Origin: Sphagnum compactum
Lineage: Eukaryota
Assembly (NCBI GenBank): GCA_965153455.1
Contig: OZ234493.1
Location: 310,001-374,000 of the forward strand
DNA length: 64,000 nt
Direction: 5' to 3'
The notes below the pieces were generated by a model that was given only the letters and a program-made list of their open reading frames with translations, was not told the origin of the DNA and searched no databases. Numbering within the stretch: position 1 is the first letter of the stretch; each line of letters opens with the position of its first letter. A program made the position numbers and the translations under genes. This document shows positions 26,963 through 41,211 of this stretch, one piece after another.

Positions 26963-29082
26963 CTTTGGCACACCTTAGAATCAAATTTCATCCAAACCAC
27001 CGTGAGAGGGCGCACCAAAAGAGGAATTTGAAAGGAACATGGGGGTTGAAGGCCTCAATCCAAAGGTAAAGCTACATTTAACACTTGCCTTTGAAGAAAA
27101 TGTTCCACTTAAAACTTTCCCCAATCTTTCAATATAAATCGTTAAAGTCAAGATTTAATTTTTCAATGTCTAACTGTGCCACCCTAAGCGGGGCAAACAA
27201 GACACCACTAAGGGAAAAACAAAAATAAATGTCATGCGACAATGTTGAAAAGGTCTCAAGCAAGACAATCTAAAGTAACAAAAAATAACTTTCACTTCTT
27301 GTCGCAAAGTGAAAAGGATCCATGAATACAAACGTGGCCAAAAAAGACCCAAATGGAAGGCGCTAAAAGGTCCACCTTTTAACACCCAAGCCCGAGCCGC
27401 AAAAAGGGGAGAAGGGGCAAGAAGGGAAGTTGAATGGCATGAAGAACCCCTAGAAAAAAACAGCCTGAAAAGCTTGACAATGCCACTAAAATGACAAAAC
27501 ATACTACGTTTCAAAAAAAAGGGCACCACATTCAAAACACGGGACATCACATTGGGCCCCACACTTGCCACCCAAGGGAAGAAATGGGCCTAGCTTAGCA
27601 ACCAACCAAATCGATCGCACTGAAAAGGAGGGGGCACCCATGAAGAAAAAAAAAAGCCGCCAAAGGAAGCAAGATAAAATTTCCCATATTTAGGGGGTTG
27701 AAAAAACTACCCAGTTCAACCTTTTTAAAATACATATCCTCCCATGTACAACTGAAATGCACCCTACAATTGGACATGCCAAACTTCATACACAAACAAT
27801 CTATCTAGGTTCACCTGGAGTCCACTACAGAAACATTTCCATCCTATTCAAGGATCAACTTGAGCTTCACCATGATAACCAACATTATAGTTTATTGAAC
27901 ATTTATCATCCTTATGAGATGTTCTTGAGTACAAAGCCATTGTGCAACACACTTCTTGTTTTTCAAAGATTCCATGTGGACAACAGAACATTCCAGGTCA
28001 TTTTAAATGGTTCCCTATTTTGCTTCACAAAATTTTGTTCTTTTGAAAAACAAAGTTGGAAATTTTCAACAATTATGAAAACAAGATAATTAGTGTCAAA
28101 GATGCCAACGTAACAAAGCATATAGATATAAACCCAAAACTGTATCTTATGTTCTTAACTTGAACATATGAATCTATGGAGATAAAGATTAGATGGAAAA
28201 GATTAAATTGTTTCTACCTTCAAATCATTTGGTGGAACTAAATTGTAGAGAGAAAGGAGTTCAATATGGCCAGATCAAAACTTAAAACAAAAGAGAAGTG
28301 GCCATCATGAATCACAAACAATTTCAGAGAGAATTTGCATTGCATAAACCAGCAACAGTTAAAATTAGGAAATATAGTTCCACGAAGTTCCCAAGAAATG
28401 AACTCAGCTCACAAGACCTCCTGGTGAACATTCTTGAAAATGTATTAAAAATACCACATTCCATAGTCTCCCCCTTACCCGGAGAGCCCATAAATTTGTT
28501 GTTTACTTGGAAGTGGTTTGGTTAGTAGTCTTTTGCTCTTAAAACAACAAGAACCTACACAATCAAACGCCAAACTTTCTTGAGAACAAAAGACTAGTTG
28601 TATTTTGGCCAAAGAGCTTTGAATGTGGGGTATCCAAATACATCCACGGTTGCAAACCGTTTTGCAATGCATGAGCAATCCCTAGTGAACAACACCACAA
28701 AAACATAATGATCCCCACCCACCCACCTCAGAAAGGCTGCACTATCTGTGATGTGAGGCTGTGCTCCATCACACAAAAACAGTCACACTTGAAAAACAGT
28801 GGGTTAGACCATTGCAGCAAACCTTAAACCTCACACAAAATTTGCCACATGAAATATTCCATTCTCATCAACATTCCCTCTGTTGCATATAAAAGGCAGC
28901 ACATGAAGTGACAACAGGAACCCATCTGTTTCACACTTGCCATACACATGCAAAAATGCCCTATACCAAGCCAACTCTATCACCACAGAGGCTGCAAGCC
29001 TCTGGGGTGCCCACAGCTTGGTTCCTCCATTAAAAACTTGGTTTTCCTTCACCCTTTGTTTTAACATAGAAATGATCATCAC

Positions 29083-31086
<2,004 letters not shown>

Positions 31087-33031
31087 GGTGAAGAGCTTGG
31101 GGCAGCAGGTCTAGCGATGGCGGCGCTCCAGAACAAGAGAGAGGATCGCCGGCGAGCGCCTCGCGTTTTGGAACCCTTCAGAAATGTCCCGTTCACACAG
31201 GGACATCTCTTTTTGCCCTAATTTTTTTTCAACTACATGCAGCAGGTCAGGGGCGCCTATGTACCTACTACCCTAGTACCTAGCAAATAGGTAATTAAAA
31301 AAGTTACTCTGTTCACACGGCCAGCTTCAGAGTTCTTCCATCATGATACGTAATACACGACTAAAATGACAGGTTTGCATTCACACTTTGGGACAAGGAG
31401 GAGTTCCTCATTCCCACTCGTAATACCACATTTTTCAATTCTTGTGTTGCACCATTGGCCTTTCAAATTTTGGCCACTAATCCTCATTCCAATTAGTAGG
31501 ACAACTTTTAGGGTTTCTATGGCGAGACCAAGAGACCTTAGAATTTCTACCACTCTCCCATTCCCACTTATCATTTGTGACCACTACATTTGGCCTCTTA
31601 ATTTTCTAAAAGGTGAAGGTTTGTGGATGTAGTCATGTAGCCCAAAGAAAATCAAAAATTAGAATGTTGATATCAATATTACATTATTTTCCTTCTTCCA
31701 CCAAATGTTCTTTAACAACTCTCATTAGTTTTCACCAGTTATTTAAAAAGCCTTCTACCAAACAAAATGTCATAGCTTCTGAAAGACATGCACACATATG
31801 TCAATGCTAATGCAATTTCAATTTATCATATTCTAGACAAGCATTGGCCTCTTCACTACTTCAAAACATATCCCCTTTCCACCCAACATTCCACCCAAGT
31901 TCCACAAAAAATAAATCAATTCCACAGAGTGGAATGCATCCAATTTTTCAATGGAAGTGCTAGTGAATTGGAACACCTAAGAAAGACATTAAAAAAGACC
32001 CCACTAACATTCCACCATGCACCACCATGTGTCCATTAATGTCCATTCATAGGTGGACTAGAGAGGTGCCCATTAGGGTTCCACCATGCACCACCCCATG
32101 TCCATTAAACTCCACTAATGTCCACCAAGGGATGACCACGACCAAATATAATATTTTATTAAATGTGTGATCTATATTTTTAATTTTATGTATTTATTTG
32201 ACTACCTATGGACTTTAGTGGAGATCTTCTTTAAATTAGTGGATGCTAGTCCAATGGACTTTTAGTGGATTTCTTTTGGATAAAATATTTAGTTTCCCAT
32301 ATATTAATGAGGGACTAGTTCCATCAATAGTAAACAACAATGTAATATAACAATTGGGACATTATGATTATGATGGAATGACCTTTGAAATATTTAATTT
32401 GTTTACAATTCAATTATACATGATCTTGATCATAATTCAAGAAAGAATAAGCCAATATGTTTTCAACTAGTGTTGTCATGGTGTTTCACAACCATGACCA
32501 CATTGATCATGTCACCAAATTATTCCCAAGTAATTAACTTCGACATCAAGCGTGGCACATAATGCACACAAATGATCAATCAATTAATAACCAAAAATTA
32601 ATTTCTTGACCTATAATATGACATTGCACTTGAAGTTCAAAACACAAAGTACATGTTTGCCCATCTCTTACCTCTCAAATTTGCAACCCAATGCAACTTG
32701 AGTTTCATTTGATCCATCCCCATCAAACACATCAATAATCAATTTGCCATTATACCAAAAACAATAGATAATCAAAATATGTTACATTTGTGTAAACATT
32801 ATATGTATGATTTTTTGAGGTATCTCTAATGTAAAACACAATCGAACAAGTGCCATGTTGTTGCGTACTATCTACTACAACAATTGTTTTGGCACATAGG
32901 TTGGGTTTGAATTGAAGTTGGTTAAGGTATTAAAGATCTTGCTGGTTGTCAATGTGGTTTTCTTTTGTAGGATGTTGCATAATGGGACCTTCTGCATCAT
33001 GCAATTATAATGATGTTTCAGTTGTTACATT

Positions 33032-33167
33032 GCAATGGTGTGAACAACTTGTAGAAAGGTTTTCACGCATGCAACAGTGGCAATGATCAAGCTGGTTAGC
33101 AATGGTGTGAACAACTTGTAGAAAGGTTTTCACGCATGCAACAGTGGCAATGATCAAGCTGGTTAGC
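33032..33167. repeat. Perfect 67-bp tandem duplication
   Basis: 33032-33098 equals 33099-33165, followed by GC. Confidence 0.95.
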
Positions 33168-34246
33168 GTCTACAACGTCGGTATCATGTAAAGTTGTTCA
33201 AGCAAAAAACTAGTGGTAGAGGCTAAGTTGCAACAAATCCAAGGTCAAAGCTCACTGATTTCAATGCATGGCTAGCTTTTCTTATTGCATTTTCCTTTGA
33301 TTGTCTTTTTTTCAAAAAAGAAATCTATATATTTGTTGTTTCTTTCCTAAGTAAGAAATCCAATTAAACACCTTGACATTAGTAATATTAGAAAAACTTA
33401 GTTAACAAGACTTTAGCGCTATCATTTTCTCCTTGCAAATGTAGCATGATGTTGGGTCATTTTGTGCATGGCATGGCTTATATATAACATTTTAAGGTTG
33501 GTGTTTTGTGGGTGGTAGCTACAAGTGAGGGAGCATGTCAGTCCTAACAACAAGGTGTTGGGAAGCTTGTTCAATGGAATTTATGCCATGCAATTAGTGT
33601 GTTTCATTTATGAGGTAAAATCCTTAATGTCCAAAATCTGTACAAGATATTGTCATGGTCACCTAGGTGGTAGCCCCCCACTCCTGCAACTTCTATAGTA
33701 CTTCAACATTGGAGCATAGTGATGCAAGATTGATGTTGTCCTACATGAAATCTCAGTGTGCACAATGGGAAATCGCAACACCATTAATAGGATACAAAAC
33801 AATTAATTGTTTAACAATATGGAATTGGTGGAACTCAAGGGTACATACAATGTGGAGATTCAAAGGTTTAATTGAGTTTTGAGTATTGGTAATATTATGA
33901 TACAAATTTCCAAGAATTATTATTGCCATATGTGTTATATTACCTCTTTCTATCATAAAGCCTATTTAACAAATGCACGCTAGCTGAACTCTTTTTTTTT
34001 CCCCAGATTTATCTGTCACATGGCAAGGACCCCTAAGTGTTTGGGATGGATGAACTTTCCCAAATTTTGCTTTAGGTCTAGGATGATCACCATCAACCCA
34101 CGTACCTCACAAATTTGAAAACAAAATATTGATGGATCATATGGCCAAATTGCATCGTTGAAATCATTTCTGCCATTTCTATTTTTTTCGCACTCAAATA
34201 TCATGAAGTTCATTGTTTGAACCAGCCCACAAACATGTTCATCACA

Positions 34247-34248
<2 letters not shown>

Positions 34249-34281
<33 letters not shown>

Positions 34282-34290
34282 ATGTGTGTG
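34249..34290. repeat. (TG)n microsatellite
   Basis: TG run with one short interruption. Confidence 0.95.
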
Positions 34291-35584
34291 TTGGACAAGT
34301 TTGTGAGCTTTCAAGTGGAAGCAATTATCAAAACAATAGTTAGTCAATTTGACTTATTTTACATGATATAATTATGAAATTATGTGCAACCCTTTTTTAT
34401 ATGTCGGGTACATGTATGACTCATCAAAATTGTTTCTTATCAAAAATTTAGAAAGGAATTGTGCCATCTTCTGTCTTAGCGAATCCTTGGATTTTAAAAT
34501 GTAATGTAATTGGGTTGGGTTATTTTCTTTACATGTTTTTTAGAAGAAGATACTTACCAATTTTGTATGTGTTGTGGGTATTGAGCATGAGATTTACTTC
34601 CATAATATAAAGTGTTTCCTTTGTTGCTACTTTTGCAGCCAACAACAATGGACGAAAATGGACATGACATTTATGGCATGTGCAATGGGTACTTGTTTGG
34701 TGGGGAAATATTTAGTGGGCACCAGATAGGCATTGCAAAGGTAGAATCAATTCGTGTGTCACATGCTTCCTTAAACACCTACATTACACATGAAAACCAC
34801 ACACTTGGTGAAACTATGATATTCAAGTTTATCTCGTAACTTAGGTCTAACCTTAACCTCTAGACCAATAGGATTAAAACGCGTTGCGAACTTTCCAAGT
34901 GGTCCAAGGCGTTGTCACTCAATATTACTATTTTTTGTCTTCCGGCCAAATCGCAGACTTGTTTAATTCAAGTACTTAACATGTTGAGGACATCACCTTG
35001 AGCCCCCTTCCTTGAACCCTCACTCATTGGCACCTATGGGGTTCGTGAGTCTCTCGAATGGGGTTCGTGAGTCTGTCGAACTGAGAGTTGAACCCAGCCC
35101 AACACTTAGACTCGGAACCCAAGCCGACGCGGGGCCACCCTATGGTGGTCCGGACTTGGGCGCCAACTAGGCGAATCCGCACCTGAGGGTGCGCCTAGAA
35201 GGGCATGTCACTATCGTCCGTTGCTTCCTCCTGTCTTCGTCGTCCACTTCCGTCCTGCTCTCCTTCGTCCTTCTCGCGCCCATCGCGCGGCCCGTTGCGC
35301 GAGAGGGAGAGAGATCGAAGTCTCGAGAGAGCGAGCGAGCGAGCGAGGGAGCACAATCACGGCAGCGCTGGAGCTTGCGCGTTGCGCACGATACGACGCT
35401 CTAAGTCTCTTTTTTCCCCTTTGTTTGTTTGCTGAGATGAAGTGGAATTGTGGTACGTATTCGTATAGCAACTAGGGAGAGGAACAACCGGTATGTTTTC
35501 TAGCAGCGTTCTCTTCAGATGGATCGAGATGCGGTTCTGCGATTCTGTGACTGGCGTGGATTCATGTGCTACGAAGAGAAGGAG

Positions 35585-37772
35585 ATGCGAAACAAAAATG
35601 ATTTGTTAAGAAGTTTACCTTTGCTTATCATACTCGGCCTCTCCGCGGTGCTTCTTTCGGCTTCAGGTCCGTCATGATTCTCCCTTCTTTTAATACAAAC
35701 CCTCGCTTTGTCTCTCCCTACGTCCAAGTCTATGTCATGAACAGCGTACATATTTGAGATGAAGACGGCATAGTAATATTGTCTAAGAACTTCTTGTAAC
35801 TCCCGTAAGCTTTGTGCAATTGTTGGATTACTCTAGTCTCCTTCTGCTTTTGGTTTTGAAAGTTCTTCCGGGAGAACAGAGGATGGACATCGTCCAAAGA
35901 TTTGGCTTCTTTATGGAATCGATTCTTAGTATTATGCAGTACTTTCCTTCCGCCCTGCCAATCTTCTAAGTATGAAATTTTTTCATCACAGCGGGAGGCC
36001 AGCAATCACCATGGATTTCATTTCCACTGTTACTTTCAGAACTGTTCTTTCTAATGAACACTTTTTTGTGGAACATTAGTTTGTGAGGACTGGATGATGC
36101 GCTTAATACCAGTTTCTATACATCTTTCTGGGAAAATCTATGAAAGAAGTGCATCACAAATCATCTTGTAATAATCAATTTGATGCTTGATTTCGGCATG
36201 AGATTGATGACTGTCTTATCTTTTTGATGTGACCGGGGAGGCAGGTGCCACAGCTGATGGGAATGTCACCCTAGTGTCTTTGACAATTTTCACTACGCAC
36301 GAGTGGTATTTTAAACCAGATGTCTATTTCCAGTGTCAAGGAGAGGAGAGAAAAGATTTACCAGATGTCAAAGACAAGGATCACCTGTACAAATTTATTG
36401 GAGAGGAGTCTTGGCAGGTATGTCCTGGAATTTGCTATGTTCATTTGTGAGAGAGTGTATGGTTTGACACTCTGCTTGGTGATGAACACAAAGCAAGCTT
36501 GCACATTTGTCTGGCTTGAAAATTTTCTGCTTTGTGAAGTGGATCTGGTCTGTTTTGTGCTTGTCAGCCGCTCACATCATTGGTGGGAACAAAGTGCAAG
36601 CGATGTGGACTTTATGAGAAAGACAAAATCAAGTCAGATGATATATTTGATGAATGGGAGCTTTGCCCTTTGGATTTCAGCCGAGATCCTGATGTCCACT
36701 ATTTTCACTCTAAACCCAAGGAGTTCAACATGACACTATCATGCCCACAGTGCAGTAAGATTCACTTCCCTGCCTTGTGACCCTCAGACCATCTTCTCAC
36801 CACTTCAATGTCTTTGCAACAACATTCAGAAGGCAAGCATGTGGGATCTTTGGGCACAAAATCTTAATCATAAATTCTTGATTGACGAGCCTCTTGAATT
36901 TCGTAGCTGAGTGCCTCTCGCTAATAGTTCTTGGTCAACTCCTCTCTGCCCTATTTTTGTTGGAGTTTAGTCTTCCTGTGGCTTTGGGACTTGTGACACA
37001 AACTCAGTACACAGGCTATGGTTACACTGGCCTATATCCACTGTTGGGAGCTGATGAAATCAGTGGGTATGTTGTGATAGATAAGTCACTATCATGTATG
37101 TCACTATTGACAGCCAGTGAACAAACAAGAGACTCTCATTGCTGTTCATACTGCTAGGTTTATTGTTCCTGGTTCAAGTTCTACCCTTCTGTGTTTTTCT
37201 TGCCAGTTCTTTAGTCCTTATCTGGAAGGCTTTCTTTTACTTCAGGGGAATTTGGTTTGCCTCTCCTGGCTTACTTAATCGTTAGTATGGAATTCTCAGT
37301 GAGAATTATATATATATATTTTTTGTGGGATCACTCAGTAGGCTATGGCAGTCAGAATTCTTTAGACCAACATCAACAATGCATGTTTTACTTGCATTCA
37401 GTTTCTATCTTCTGTTGAATCCAGGCTGTTGAGGCTTATGGGTTTGCAAGTAACCATCAAAGGCACCTGTCTTTGTCACCTTTCACGTCATGTGAGGTTG
37501 AACTTGGTTCTTGTATTGCAGATGTGACAAAATCTGAGGACAACACGTCAAGCCCAGAGAGTAATCCACCTGGTGAAAAAAGGGCTACCAAGCATGGGAT
37601 TGTGGTTGCCATGATAGTGATTGGGGTTTTATCCCTGGTGGGTCTAGTTGCCCTTGTGGCCTTCAGTCTGTGGCGCCGCAAGCAACGACAGGAAGCACAG
37701 GCACGGTTTGTACAGTTATTTGAAGATGATGACTTTTTGGATGAAGAAGCAGATCTGAAGGATGATCTCTAG
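35585..37772 (+). CDS. Conserved plant single-pass membrane protein of unknown function (signal peptide, Cys-containing luminal domain, TM helix, acidic tail)
   Basis: Exons 35585-35666, 36245-36417, 36568-36754, 37522-37772 join in phase. Motifs IFTTHEW..KPDVYFQCQGE, LPDVK, GEESWQPLT, KCKRCGLYEKD, DDIFDEWELCP; TM followed by RRKQRQEAQARFVQLFEDDDF. Confidence 0.85.
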
Positions 37773-39425
37773 GTAAGCATTTTTTTCCCTCTATTTCAGA
37801 TGTCTGGTGGGCTGCTCTAGATCCAACTATTAAACATTGTTTCCATTGGGGACAGGAAGATAGTATTTTGTCTTGAAGCTGAAGACATCTCTCCTCTTAG
37901 CATGCTGTGAGGAGTGTCCACACTCCAAATGGAGCATGCAGTGCTTGTTTCAGTTCACTATGAACTCATGCACTGATTATGCCTCCAATCCTCTACATGA
38001 TAAGTATTTTCTTAGACTTAGTCTAGCATTGCTGGAGGTACTGCTTAGCTCAAACAACCTAAGCATGTGTAGGAGAGTCAAATCAAGTCCAACAATTTTT
38101 TGGATATTAGTGTACACCCACTGATGGGTAGGATCTTGGTTCCTGCTGTAGAGGGGAGACTATATGTTGCTCTTTGCAGTACTCCCTGCAAATTTAGTGT
38201 TACTCTCAATTGGAGATCATGTGCACCTGGAGTAGTGATTAGCAAAGCCTAGTTTAGATCCACCATTATCATTACAGTGTACTATCTATTGGGAGCCTTT
38301 ACAAACTTTACCCATGCATATATGTAACTTTCAAACTCAACTGCGATGTGGGCCAAAAACCCATAACTGATTTTTGTTTAGAGGAACTAGCATGTCAGGA
38401 CCTTACACATTTGGAAGATAACTAGGAGGCTGGGAGGAAGATTAGGCCATGCAAGGATCACCTAAATACAATGGGAAAAATTAGGTTAAGTTTTCTTTTT
38501 CTTTTTTGGTTAGGGAAAAGCAGGTCGAAGATTGCTTCCATTGTTTCAGTGCATGGGAACGAGGTAGCCTGAGTTTCCATTCCTGAGTACAATGTCAGCT
38601 CCTTTGCACCTGCATTTCTCCTGAGATTAAAACCTAAACTAATTGTAATGAAATGATGATATAAATTAGTGTTCGAAACTATCTCTAAATATTTATGTGA
38701 TTTAGTTCCAGATAGAAGTTTCAAAACCTCACCACATTCAGGTTCCAAGTATTGGAGTTGTATTTTACAAATCCACCCATCTATATTGTTTACAAATTAT
38801 TCATTGTGATATTGTTAGTTGTGGATTGATATTACTAAACCCACACATGTATTCAAGAATTCCCTATTGGTATCTTTGATTGGCACTTTACCTTTCACCC
38901 ATTTAATATGTATATTATTACATTGCTGCCAAGAAATTCATCCCTTAGTCACACACACCCCCCCCCCAATTTTCCCCCTCAATTTCTTTTAGAAATTATA
39001 AAATCCAATTTTGAGTTTCACCTTGGTGATTTGGGGTTTAGAATTGAGCTCCCATCAAGCCTTCATGACTCAATGGTTATGAAGTCTTAGGATTTTGCAG
39101 ATAATTGTTGGTTGGAACTTGGCTAGTGTTGCTGGATCACTAGTGCAACTCTCTTTTGTGTTCCTTGAGTTCTAAGTCGAGACCTTCCATTTTGTGTGCA
39201 GGCAAGGCAAGGTTCCACATTTGTTGGAAGGTCGATGGCTAATTAAGGGTCATTCGGAAAATGTGTTGTTGAAGCAAAAAGTTCACTACTTTGTGAAACA
39301 ATAAATTTTTTTTGAAATAGAATTCAGTAATTGAAATGGATTGAAATTGTCAAGTTTAATATTGGAAACAAATCTCGGAGTGGATAAATTTGCTTTTCTC
39401 TTAGGAAAGGCCAAACTGGGTACGG

Positions 39426-39617
39426 TACATAAATAAGTTGAGATTTAATATTTAGAAAATACAAGCGTAGACAATTATGTTGAGATTCTGTACATAAATA
39501 AGTTGAGATTTAATATTTAGAAAATACAAGTGTAGACAATTATGTTGAGATTCTGCACATAAATAAGTTGAGATTTAATATTTAGAAAATACAAGTGTAG
39601 ACAATTATGTTGAGATT
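39426..39617. repeat. Tandem repeat, ~3 x 65 bp
   Basis: Unit (T/C)ACATAAATAAGTTGAGATTTAATATTTAGAAAATACAAG(C/T)GTAGACAATTATGTTGAGATTCTG at 39426, 39491, 39556. Confidence 0.95.
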
Positions 39618-41211
39618 AACATATAAAGAGGGTCAAATGTAAGTAAATAATTTTGCCCATTTGTGTGGTAAATAGAGGAAATTGGATGTTGGAATTCAAA
39701 TATAAAAAGGGAAATGTGTTAACAATTTTAGTTTTATGTTGGGAAGGAGGAACACAAGCAATATTTTTCTTTTGGAGCTGACAAAAATGATTCCACACAG
39801 ACAAAGGATTTTTGTGAAAAGAAAATTGCACTAATTTGCTTGATTTCAAGAAAAAATTGACACGCTAGATTTCTATTAATTCCAACATGTAGCCAAAATT
39901 TAAAAGGATTCTTAATTTTTTAACTTTCACTATAACCAAATTTGGCGAAATCCTCTTGTGAATAATCATCAATTTGGTTACATCACCCAAAAAACTTAAT
40001 TTAGGAAAAAAAACTTGAACACAACTATTTGGATCAACATGTAAGGAAGATGAAAAGGGTTTTTTTCCTGGCTAAATTTAGCCAGTTGGCCAAATTGTTT
40101 TTCAAAATGGCTTTAAAAAAGTGCTGTTTATAGTTTTCTAGTTGCCAGATTTTGAATTTTTTTTTTTGATAAATTGCCAGATTTCTCTATTCGGTTCTAC
40201 CGTGTAGCTAAAAACTGTGAAAAATTCTTTTTTTGAAAATTACTTTCTACATTCAAATTTGACAAAATGTTTTTGTAGATGATTGCCAGTTTTGGCTATA
40301 TCATAAAATTAGAAAAATTAAAAAATTAAAAAGCCCTGCTTTTGAGGATGATTGTTAGTGTACCTACATCACAAAGCAAACCTCCCCCTCGCCCCCAAAT
40401 TGTTTAAAAAAAAAAGAAAACAAAAGGTTCTTGGTTGTGTTGTGGGAGCAAAAAAAACCCCAAAAAATGAAAATAATAACAAATCCAAGTTGCACATGGG
40501 GGGGGCCCAAAAAATTTCAAAAAATAATAATAATAAAAAAAACCCATATGATTGTGTTATAAAAAAATTAATGAAAACTTGCTTTATTGTTGGATGCAAT
40601 TACTATAATTATATATGCAACTATAGTGTTGATACAATCAAATATAAAGTTACAAATGTAACTATAGTTGTGATATTACATGTTTGGATGATTGGATGAA
40701 AAAATGAAATAAAATGCAGATTTTTCATTCAATATTGAATGGATCCTCCTCAAAGGAGGGTCAGTGGTCGTAGCCTAGTCTTTGAAGTTACATCAGATGA
40801 AGAATCAGCAGCGTACGCTTTGCGAGAGAATTCCGGGTTTCAAGCTTTTCAACCAAACAAACAAAATCTGGAGCACAAACGCAGTGTGTGAAGAAGAGAA
40901 GCCTTAGAGAATTTGTTGTCGTTGTTATTGATTCTTGTTCCATCTTGTTGTCGTGTGTGTGTGTTTTTTTTTCCTTTCTTTCCAAATGGCGGAAGTAGAA
41001 GCTCTGAGATGGTGGTGAAGAAAAGAGACTCTCATTGACCGTGCTCTTGTTTTGTTCTTGTTCTTGTTCTTCTCGTTCTTGTTCTTCTGTTTTTTTTTTG
41101 GGGAATTCTTTCGATATTGTAAGCTAGCAGGAAGTGGTGTGCGAGAGATTTTGGAAGACGGGAGAACAAAGGGTGGCATATCCTGTATGCTCTGTGTTTT
41201 TTTCATTGCGA

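Larger units (their letters stand above)
18250..27720 (-). mobile_element. Degenerate CRE/SLACS-like non-LTR retrotransposon (RT plus restriction-like endonuclease), interrupted by nested insertions; own sequence about 18250-20705, 22486-22549, 26963-27720
   Basis: Minus-strand peptide relics in the expected order: ARFLALAKPSGGIKPSVVGDLYRL (~20390-20315), H*FGVIVRGGCEAMVH (~20255-20210), VDVVNAFNSI (~20155-20130), FPFVRSFY, GMHQGDSFVGLLF, decayed NNIHILG, DPMGIHVFCCAHGGEMIASHDD (~18870-18795), DGIHTLADVVIA. Many stops and frameshifts. Outer limits approximate. Confidence 0.75.

Noticed and set aside
32800..33900. Possible degenerate transposase exons
   Set aside because: Stop-ridden, no recognisable catalytic motif.
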